DNA of 64,000 bases. Source: Octopus sinensis (lineage: Eukaryota). The translations under genes and the position numbers were made by a program. The stretch lies in the NCBI RefSeq assembly GCF_006345805.1, contig NC_042999.1, forward strand, positions 2,914,001-2,978,000, in the 5' to 3' direction. The notes below the pieces were generated by a model. It was not told the origin of the DNA, ran no database searches, and was given only the letters and a program-made list of their open reading frames with translations. Of this stretch, positions 51,284-60,910 are shown piece by piece. Within the stretch, counting starts at the first letter, position 1, and every line of letters starts with the position of its first letter.

Positions 51284-51512
51284 GAGCTGGAAGAAACATT
51301 AGCATACCAGGTGAAATACTTAGCGGTATTTCGTCTGCCTTTACATTCTGAGTTCAAATTCCGTTAAGGTCGACTTTGCCTTTCATCCTTTCGGGGTCGA
51401 TAAATTAAGTACCAGTTACGTACTGGGGTCGATATAATCGACTTAATCTGTTTGTCTGTCCTTGTTTGTCCTCTCTGTGTTTAGCCCCTTGTGGGTAGTA
51501 AAGAAATAAGTA
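51284..51512 (+). mobile_element. SINE family C copy
   Basis: Match to 48480-48705. Confidence 0.85.
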
Positions 51513-52218
51513 TTACACACACACCAGTTGGTGTCTTTCTCAACCGCACTCCATACTTAATCCATGGAATCACAATTGTGGTGTAGGTGGGGATTAGGAG
51601 GCCAGAAATTGGGTTGGGGATGTCGTAAAAATTCTCCAACAGCCACTTTTGATTCTTTTTACCACCAAATTCTTAAATTTTTAAAGAATGAGTAATTGAA
51701 ACAGGCAGGCCATATGGCCATGGAAAAGTTAACTTAAACCAACTGATTCTCCTCCTTCGTTATTTAACTTTTACCTTTAAGTAGTTTTATTATTGTGGTT
51801 TAATTTAAACATGAGACTTGATAACAGAAGACAGCAAATATTTGCAAGATAGATCATTGACTCCATGCTAATCCTAGCAGCAACGGAGAGATATCCATTT
51901 TTCTTTGTCCTCGGCGAATGTCAAGTCACGGTATTGACTAAGCTGTCATCCGTCAATATATTATCGACACCAGATCAGTGTATTTCTGTATTGATTGATT
52001 CCAGTTCTACATGTTGCCGTTCTCTGAAGATTTCCGAATCTTATACTTACAGATTCGATTCATATACGACTGTTTCAAAAGCTATGTGAAGCATGTTGGC
52101 TTCAGTTTCAGGTCGGCAGAAAGCAGATATGGATTTTTATTGATTTTTATGAGTTAACATTAGTATTTTCTAATCAAATATTGATATTTGATTTATATTA
52201 CGAGCAAATATCATTATT

Positions 52219-52256
<38 letters not shown>

Positions 52257-52633
52257 TATCATCATCATCATTATAATCTTCATCAACATCGAGCAACAGC
52301 TTGAAATAATACGAAATATCTATGAACAACTTGTGGGTACAGACGTGGCTCTGTGGTTAAGAGGTTTTGCTTGCAACCATGTGGCTTTTAGCGCAAATCT
52401 AATTCTCAGTATCTGTGAATGTAAAGAGCTTGGAAAAAATTGCTTCATGACATTTCATCTGGCTCTTTATAATCTGAGTTCAAATCCCTTGAAGGTCAAT
52501 TTTGCTTTTGATCCCTTTGGGGGTTGATAAAATAAAATACCACTCAAGTACTGACATCTATGGTATCAAATATCTCTTGTGCCTAAATCAGAAATTTCAC
52601 ACGTCCTTGTATGTGTATGTATATAGATAATTT

Positions 52634-52681
<48 letters not shown>

Positions 52682-52682
<1 letters not shown>

Positions 52683-52872
52683 ATCATCATCATCATCATC
52701 ATTTAGCGTCCGCTTTCCATATTAGCATGGGTTGGACGGTTCAACTGGGGTCTGGGAAGCCAGAAGGCTGCACCTGGCCCAGTCTGATCTGGCAATGTTT
52801 CTACGGCTGGATGCCCTTCCTAACGCCAACCACTCCGTGAGTGTAGTGGGTGCTTTTTACGTGCCACCGGCA
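52682..52872 (-). mobile_element. Repeat family A copy
   Basis: Core and (CAT)n tail. Confidence 0.85.
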
Positions 52873-52974
52873 CATATATATATATACATATGTACGTACA
52901 TACATATAAATATATATATATATATATTATACATGTGTCTGTGTATAGGTATAATGTAGTGTATATATGTATTT

Positions 52975-53190
52975 ATTCTTTTATTTTGTTACTTGTTTCA
53001 GTCATTTAACTGCGGTCATGCTGGAGCACTGCCTTTAGTTGAACAAATCGACCCCAGGACATATTCTTTGTAAGCCCTAATACTTATTCTATCAGTCTCT
53101 TTAGACGCACTGCTAAGATATGGGGATGTAAACACACCAGCATCAGTTGTCAAGCGATGTTGGGGTGGGGGGACAAACACAGACACACAA

Positions 53191-53229
<39 letters not shown>

Positions 53230-53398
53230 CACATATATACGACAGGCTTCTTTCAATTTCCATCAACCAAATCCACTCACAAGGCTTTGATCGACCCAAG
53301 TCTATAGTAGAAGACACTTGTCCAAGGTGCCACGCAGTGGAACTGAACAACCATGTGGTTTTTAAGCAAGCTACTTACCACATAGTCACTCCTGCACC
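52975..53398 (-). mobile_element. SINE family B, full length
   Basis: Reverse complement of 53629-54025. Confidence 0.85.
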
Positions 53399-53628
53399 TA
53401 TATGTATATATGCGTGTGTACATAGAGAGAGAAAGAGATTCAGCAGAGTATATAATACCACTTGCTGAAATCGAGAGTTTATCGTGGCATTAAATTCCCT
53501 ACTGAATCTAAGAATCTAAATTTACCTTATGTTGTTCCTGTAACGGTGTGAACTTCCTGGCACCTTATTATTACTTTATTAATACTGTTGGTAATGGCAA
53601 TAATACTTCTTTACATATATATTATATA

Positions 53629-54025
53629 GGCGCAGGAGTGGCTGTGTGGTAAGTAGCTTGTTTACCAACCACATGGTTCCGGGTTCAGTCCCACTGCGTG
53701 GCACCTTGGGCAAGTGTCTTCTACTATAGCCTCGGGCCGACCAAAGCCTTGTGAGTGGAAAGAAGCCCGTCGTATATATGTATATATATATATGCGTGTG
53801 TATGTTTGTGTGTCTGTATTAGTCCCCCTAGCATTGCTTGACAACCGATGCTGGTGTGTTTATGTCCCCATTACTTAGCGGTTCGGCAAAAGAGACCGAT
53901 AAAATAAGTACTGGGCTTACAAAAGAATAAGTCCCAGGGTCGAGTTGCTCGATTAAAGGTGGTGCTCCAGTATGGCCGCAGTCAAATGACTGAAACAAGT
54001 AAAAGAGTAAAAAGAGAGTAAAGAG
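53629..54025 (+). mobile_element. SINE family B, full length
   Basis: Head GGCGCAGGAGTGGCTGTGTGG..., tail (GTAAAAGA)n. Confidence 0.9.
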
Positions 54026-54031
54026 TATATA

Positions 54032-54308
54032 TATCTGTAAATATAATATGTGACAATTATTCAGTAGAGCCATGATAAAACTACAAGTTTTGGATGTTGG
54101 GGTGGAAACCCATGCCGGTATCTCTTCAGTTATTGGGCCATCGAAAAAAATTGATTGCCTGATAACTGAAGAGATGCCGGCATAGGTTTCCACCCTGACA
54201 TCCGAAACTCGGAGTTTTATCATTGCTACCGAGTAATTGTCACATTATATTTACAGATAAATTCATCTATGTCTCTTTCATTCTTTTGTTGTCTTGCCAT
54301 TTCTATCA
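54032..54308. mobile_element. Head-to-head inverted repeat element (family F3), Penelope-like pLTR candidate
   Basis: Arms 54032-54138 and 54157-54259 are imperfect reverse complements; right arm extends to 54308; TA runs at both outer ends. Confidence 0.7.
54160..54222 (+). ncRNA. Type I hammerhead ribozyme-like motif (canonical CUGAAGA...GAAA core)
   Basis: Stem I TGATAA/TTATCA; core CTGAAGA 54166-72; stem II GATG/CATC; GAAA 54204-07; stem III ACTC-G-GAGT; triplet GUU. Confidence 0.65.
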
Positions 54309-54341
<33 letters not shown>

Positions 54342-54454
54342 TAAACATTTATATATGTATGTATGTATACATGAATATATGAATTTGTATATATGTCAAT
54401 ACATACTTCATACTTGTATGCATATATAATGTACTGTATATATGTATGTATTTA

Positions 54455-54895
54455 TCTCTTATTATAAAAGGCAGATTTTATCTGCCTCCCTTTGTCAGTT
54501 ATAGAAATCTACAATATAGGATTTCTTCAATTACAATTTACCTAGCATTTTTAAGAGTAGAATGCATCGGGTTTTGCCAGGTCCGGTTTTTAAAATTTCA
54601 ACCCCAATTAAGCAAAATTTAGAGAAAACTCACATTGTGGTGTATATGTCAAATGCTTTCCTTAGTTTGGGTTACAGCACACGCAAACGCACACACACAG
54701 TGTGCAACGAATAAAGTGAAAGTAATTCACTGTGTGTTGACAGGTAGACAATAGAATGCGATGGCGATGTAATATTTGTTTCTGTCTATGACGCTGATAG
54801 ATACATGAGTAAAATGTATGGGAAGCTAAGAGATAAGAGTGAGTGAAAATGTTCTTGGAAGAGAGTAAATAGCGAGAGATTGATTTGAGGAAGAC
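54455..54895 (+). mobile_element. Possible Helitron-like 5' portion
   Basis: A|TCTCTTATTATAAAAG start resembles 56855; hairpin GGCAGAT-TTT-ATCTGCC; no 3' CTAG end found. Confidence 0.35.
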
Positions 54896-54929
54896 TTTAC
54901 ATTAAATAACCGTAGTGGCTTGTATATAT

Positions 54930-55210
54930 ATATATATACATACATAAGACAGTAAGGTGTGATTTGAGGGAGATTTGGCTGCTATTTCTACCATGTCTAG
55001 CTGCCATGTAGGGGTCTCCCTCATAGGCTCATACATACATATATACATAGATAAGACAGTAAGGTGTGATTTGGGGGAAATTTGGCTGCTATTTCTACCA
55101 CGTCTAGCTACCATGTAGAGGTCCCCCTCATTGGCTCATATATATATATACATACATAAGACAGTAAGGTGTGATTTGAGGGAGATTTGGCTGCTGTTTC
55201 TACCAGGTCT
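54930..55210 (+). repeat. Tandem repeat, 105-107 bp unit, about 2.5 copies
   Basis: AAGACAGTAAGGTGTGATTTG at 54946, 55053, 55158. Confidence 0.9.
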
Positions 55211-55257
55211 GTTAGGCCTTCTCATGCCTTGAACATAAGACCAAAGCAGAGAATGTA

Positions 55258-55500
55258 TTCTTTTATTCTTCTGCTTTTTCCAGCCATTGGTATGTGGCCA
55301 TGCTGGGGCAATGCCTTGAAGAATTGTAGTTTAATGAATCAACTCCAGTTTTATTTTTGTAAGCATTGTACTTATTCTATCTGTTTCCTTTGTCAAACCA
55401 CTAGGTGACAGGGATGTAAACAAACCAACATTCGTTGTCAAGCAGTGGTGGAGGACAATCACAAGCACAGACACGCACACACACACACACACATACATGC
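55258..55500 (-). mobile_element. Diverged SINE family B 3' half
   Basis: TGTGGCCATGCTGGGGCAATGCC...GGGATGTAAACAAACCAAC..GTTGTCAAGC. Confidence 0.65.
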
Positions 55501-55559
55501 ATACACATATACACACATACATACATACATACATATATATATATGTGTGTATATATATA

Positions 55560-55878
55560 TTGCAGCGTGGAAGGTGTTTGTAAGCCATTTAAGAAACACA
55601 CAAAAACCGTTAGATTCACTTCAACATTTAAATTTAATTTGCCAAAATATTTTCCTAGCTTTGAGACCGCGACCTGTTAGCACGATATTTTTGTCAGTGA
55701 ACAGGTCGCGGTCTCAAAGCGAGGAAAATATTTTGGCAAATTAAATTTAAATGTTGAAGTGAATCTAACGGTTTTTGTGTGTTTCTTAAATGGCTTATAA
55801 ACACCTTCAACGCTGCAACTGTTTTCGTTCCAGCACACGATCTCAGATCAAGTCACTTGCTATGCAAGTACATCTCTG

Positions 55879-55882
<4 letters not shown>
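55560..55882. mobile_element. Head-to-head inverted repeat element (family F4), Penelope-like pLTR candidate
   Basis: 119-bp arms 55560-55678 / 55700-55818 with 3 mismatches and a 21-bp spacer; right arm continues to 55882; (TA)n on both outer sides. Confidence 0.75.
55690..55740 (+). ncRNA. Hammerhead-like motif with swapped G3-C8 core
   Basis: Stem I TTTGTCA/TGGCAAA (7 bp, one G-U); core GTGAACA; stem II TCGC/GCGA; GAAA 55724-27; palindromic AATATT stem III. Confidence 0.5.
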
Positions 55883-55919
<37 letters not shown>

Positions 55920-56029
55920 TATATATATATAACGGGAAGCTTTATGAAAATAAACAAAAGACGAAGGCAGGTGGAAAACAAACGAACAATTGTATTAGTA
56001 TGGCACTCAGGAAATATAAATAAAACAAG

Positions 56030-56067
56030 TCTTTAATGTTTCGAGCCTACGCTCTTCAACAGAAAGA
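56030..56067 (-). ncRNA. Minimal hammerhead-like motif, array copy 1 (stem III palindrome broken)
   Basis: TCTTT-CTGTTGA-A-GAGC-GTAG-GCTC-GAAA-CAT-T-AAAGA. Confidence 0.5.
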
Positions 56068-56357
56068 TACACAGAGAGAGAAAAACACAGAAAGAAGGAG
56101 AGAAAAAAAGCGTGCAGTAGCTAACGAATTAACATGGCGATCTGATTTCGGCCAGAGGTCAAAGATCAAACATGAGACGCGAGAGCGAAATAAGGGGAGT
56201 GATAGTGGTATTGGTAGAATATAGGATGAAAGTGAGACCACGTGAGCGCATAATATATAATGGGAAGCTTTATGAAAATAAACAAAAGACGAAGGCAGGT
56301 GGAAAACAAACGAACAATTGTATTAGTATGGCGCTCAGGAAATATAAATAAAACAAG

Positions 56358-56395
56358 TCTTTAACGTTTCGAGCCTACGCTCTTCAACAGAAAGA
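56358..56395 (-). ncRNA. Minimal hammerhead-like motif, array copy 2
   Basis: TCTTT-CTGTTGA-A-GAGC-GTAG-GCTC-GAAA-CGT-T-AAAGA; stems I and II perfect; AACGTT palindrome. Confidence 0.62.
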
Positions 56396-56700
56396 TACAC
56401 AGAGAGAGAAAAACACAGAAAGAAGGAGAGAAAAAAAAAAAAAAAAAAAAATGCGTGCAGTAGCTAACGAATCAACATGGCGATCTGATTTCGGCCAGAG
56501 GTCAAAGATCAAACATGAGACGCGAGAGCGAAATAAGGGGAGTGATAGTGGTATTGGTAGAATATAGGATGAAAGTGAGACCACGTGAGCGCATAATATA
56601 TAACGGGAATCTTTATGAAAATAAACAAAAGACGAAGGCAGGTGGAAAACAAACGAACAATTGTATTAGTATGGCGCTCAGGAAATATAAATAAAACAAG

Positions 56701-56738
56701 TCTTTAACGTTTCGAGCCTACGCTCTTCAACAGAAAGA
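56701..56738 (-). ncRNA. Minimal hammerhead-like motif, array copy 3
   Basis: Identical to copy 2. Confidence 0.62.
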
Positions 56739-56854
56739 TACACAGAGAGAGAAAAACACAGAAAGAAGGAGAGAAAAAAAAATATGTATATTGGTAAAAA
56801 CAGTAAGATAATAAAAGAAAGAAAGAGACCTCAATATTATGTAAATAGAGGAAA

Positions 56855-57248
56855 TCTTTATATATAAAAGTGAGGTTGTGTGTTTGTCTCCTACGATTTA
56901 GATTCCTAACTACTCCCACATTTTGTGGTGCAGTTTAACCAAAACCGGGTATCTTATAGTCGTGATTCATATCGAGACCGTCTGGGTATTAGCGCGCGTC
57001 TACGATGAGTCTACGATTTAAAAAAAAATTACCATCAATTTTTCCCATTTTTAATCCATTTTTGACATATATAAGGGAAGTAACTCTCTAAAATTTATTA
57101 TTAAATCTCAGAACGTAAAAAGCTACAGTAACACCCCTCCCCCTTTGTGGTTAGCCATATTGAGATGGCTATTATACTTTACATCTCTAAAAATGCTTAT
57201 ATAATTATTTCCCTTACAAACCCGAGCAAAACCGGGCGATACTGCTAG
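56855..57248 (+). mobile_element. Complete non-autonomous Helitron (394 bp)
   Basis: A|TC start, subterminal CCCG..CGGG hairpin 57221-57236, CTAG|T end. Confidence 0.85.
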
Positions 57249-58877
57249 TATATATATAAAGACACACACACAGTCTTTCCATCCCTGCCCTCTCTCTCTC
57301 TCCCTCTGTAAGTAACCGGACGAATATAAGTACTAATATAATCACTAGTGTTGATACCATCACATAATTCATTTGAAAGTTCTGCTCCAGCATGGCTATA
57401 TTCCTCAGATTGGAACCGGTAAAAGACTGGTTGCTGTTCATGAAACCTCTATTGATTTCTTCTGTTCTGTTCACTCATGAACACAATTCCTTATAAATTC
57501 GATTTTTAATCATCAAAACGAAGTTATTACTCCTATCTTATAACTCTCTGTATTTATAGTTGGTTTATAGTCGGTAAGGCATCCCAAAAATCCAATATTT
57601 GTTATATCATAAATTGTTGTGATATCGTGCAAGGTCCTAAGACATACAAGCAGTAAAAATAAATATATAAATAAAATACCTTTACCGGGAATTATAAACA
57701 TTTCTTACATTGAAAAATATTTTAATATAGACGACAATAAGTAAGGTTGATACATTAACAGTGAAAATTAATAATACGTCAACATCTCTCTCTCTCTTCC
57801 TCCCTCTTTCTCTCTCTCTCTCTCTCTCTCTCTTTCACTCTTTTCCTTTCCCTCTCCTTCCCTCTTGCGGTACTATGGTCTCTTTCACTTACTTCTCTCC
57901 CTCTGTTTCTTACTCTCTCTACTTCTCTAAAACCTTTGAAAAGGAGTTTTTCACTCAAAATATCACAACTAATTAAACAGTATTCTTAACATAACTTCTA
58001 AATACCTTAATTATTGATATTTCTGCTATTTAATATTTTCTCCACATCGCTCTCACCTTCCAATAACACCAGTGATTTCTCACACATTCCACAATGCTTC
58101 AAGCAACCTACAACTCTCTTCTCTTTCATCAATCTATCTTCCAGTTCCCATCCTTATTCGCTGACAGAATCTTATAGTCGAATGCTATTTCTTCTATTCA
58201 CCTCACACACAAAATAAGCGATGAGTGAATCCGTCTCTCTATGTTGCACTTACAAATTCATAACTACTTTAACTCTTTAGCCACCATATTTCTTTATATA
58301 GTTGTTGTTGATTTGTTTTCTTTCTCTCTTGGTTCTTTTTGCTTTTTGTTTTTACACAAACAGCCATTGTCAATAACTTGTATCCGTTCTGTGTATTGAT
58401 GTAACAAGTCTATTGGAATTTCATGGATATTGGATAGATTGTGTTGCTGTATCATTGATCTCATCATGAAAATGACTATTGACACTGGTTTAATGCTGGA
58501 GATAAATGGTAGAAATTTATTGACGCCTAACATAACAAGTGTTAGTCTTTCATGGCAACAGACAGCATTTGTTGCATATATAACGTATAACTCTCGTAGA
58601 ATGGTTGGTACTACAAGCAGACGACGTTTTTTTTTTTTGGCTTTGTTTTCAATATTCTCAGACACTACAGCTATTCGGCGTGGTACTGAATTTCAATCTT
58701 TTACTTTCCCCTCTAATCTTTGCTCTCCAATTTATATGAGAAGCAGTTATTTTTTTTTTCTTTTATCTTTTGCATGTTTCGGTCACGGTACGGTGGACAT
58801 GCTGGAGCACTGACTTGCAAGGTTTAGCAAAACTTCAAGTCTGGTGCTTTTACCAAATTGTTTACTTACTGAGACGT

Positions 58878-59268
58878 AAGGCAGTGAGCTGGCAGAAATG
58901 TTAGCACACCAGGTGAAATGCTTAGCAGTATTTCGTCTGTCGCTACGTTCTGAGTTCAAATTCCGCCAAGGTCGACTTTGCCTTTCACCCTTTCAGGGTT
59001 GATAAATTAAGTACCAGTTACGCACTGAGGTCGATGTAATCGACTTAATACGTTTGTCTGTCCTTGTTTGTCCCTTCTATGTTTAGCCCCTGTGGGTAGT
59101 AAAGAAATAGGTATTTCGTCTGTGTTTACATTCTGAGTTCAAATTCCACTGAGGTTGACTTAGCCTTTCATCCTTTTGGGGCCAATAAGTTAAGCACCAG
59201 TTACACACTGGGGTCAATCTAATCGACTCTACCCATCCCCCAAAATTTCAGGCCTTATGCCTAGAGAA
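58878..59268 (+). mobile_element. SINE family C full copy plus tandem partial copy
   Basis: Full copy to 59112, second core 59113-59268. Confidence 0.85.
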
Positions 59269-59645
59269 AAAATGTTTATTTATGGAGACTTAAACAAAAC
59301 TGCAGTCGTCAAATGGCGGGATGGGACAAACATGCGCACACTCACACACACACACACACTCTCACTCACTCACTCGCACGACCATGCACTCACACACACA
59401 CATGATATTACTTGGAGGAAATTGGATTAGTAACGATTCTAATGTGGTGTATGCTCCATGTCTGCTAGCAGGGACTCTGCAGTATGCTTTGAGTTTAGTC
59501 TCTTTAATTATTGGAAGTTTATGAATTCATTACATCAGTTCTACCCTAACTCTTTGTAGATGCTGATGCCACGGGAAAAGTACCCAATACACTCTGTAAA
59601 GTGGGTGACATTTGGAAGGGCATCCACCCATGGAACTTTCCCCAA

Positions 59646-59691
59646 GACACCTGATGAAGGCTGGAGAGTATATCAGCCGAAACTTTGTGTT
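59646..59691 (+). ncRNA. Type I hammerhead-like motif (family F2), canonical CUGAUGA core
   Basis: GACAC-CTGATGA-A-GGCTG-gagagtatat-CAGCC-GAAA-CTT-T-GTGTT; stem III mismatched. Confidence 0.6.
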
Positions 59692-60764
59692 AACAACAAA
59701 CAAGATGAGGACAAATATCTGTCAAATGTAAGTAATGTACTAACTTATTTATAAAAAAATAAAGGCTATATTGAAGAATAGTCCTGAATAAAATTCTAAA
59801 ATATCAAGGTGGTCAGTCGGTATGCTCTTAATTGTTCAGCCTACAAGTAGCAACGAAAGGACTTTGACTAACAAAAAGAAAAAATTATGAATTGTTTAAC
59901 AAGCACATTAAACAAATGATCGATTAGTTAGTTGGTTAGATATTTAACCAATTGACTAACGGTTAAGAAGTGATAATGAGCCCATGCATGTGTTATTATT
60001 GGCGTGATGACCCTCCCAAGACACAACACTAACTTAAAGGCTATTTTGAAGAATAGTCCTGGATAGAATTCTAAAATATCAAGGTGGTCAGTCGGAATGC
60101 TTTTGATCGGTCAGTCTACCTCATCGGGCTTCACTCAGAGCTAAAAAAAAAAAATGACAAATACAGGCAAAGTGTATAATTGGAATTAAAGATGTATTAT
60201 TGTTATTTTTGTTTATTTGTTCTATTTGGATTTTGTCTTTTAGTTTGTTTTTTTTTTGTTTTCTCCTTTGATTCCCCATTGATCTTTTTTGATGCTAAAA
60301 CAAACAATAAAGAGGGAAGTCAAGCAACAACAAACTGTCATTGGGATAAAAGACAATTTGTGGATATTCCCCCAATAGCAAAAGATGAGGAGGCAGAAGA
60401 GGAGGAGGAGGAGGAATGAGTGTGGGGGGGACAGTGCTCACATTTCATTGATATTTGCTACATCGATTGATATTTCATGGGCTCCCATAACCCATAATGG
60501 CAATATTACGTTTTCATGCTTGTGTTCTATTCCTACTTTGACATTAAGTAGTCATTGACATTTCTATGGTAGCACAAAGGTGATGTTGTTTTGTATTTAT
60601 GAGCTAGAAGCACATGCACACACATACACATGCATGGGTGATTGCACATATGCACACACATGAACGCTCACACAGATATACACAAACCCAAGCACAAACA
60701 CTGAAATCTGAATGTCAAAGTCCACCATAATGTACCATATATTCATTAAAATGTTTTTATTTTA

Positions 60765-60767
60765 GTC

Positions 60768-60866
<99 letters not shown>

Positions 60867-60910
60867 AAAATAATAATAATAATAATAATATAATATTAAT
60901 AATAATAAAT
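60765..60910. repeat. (TAA)n/(TGATAA)n microsatellite
   Basis: Direct inspection. Confidence 0.95.

Larger units (their letters stand above)
55931..56782 (-). mobile_element. Tandem array of 328-343 bp units (about 2.5 copies, family F1), each with a hammerhead-like motif; retrozyme/PLE-like
   Basis: Unit starts at 55931, 56259, 56602; near-identical units; minus-strand 3' end abuts (TA)n. Confidence 0.8.

Noticed and set aside
58294-58813. Overlapping 123-aa and 127-aa ORFs on opposite strands
   Set aside because: No recognisable motif, starts or ends lie in low-complexity runs, and there is no supporting splice pattern.
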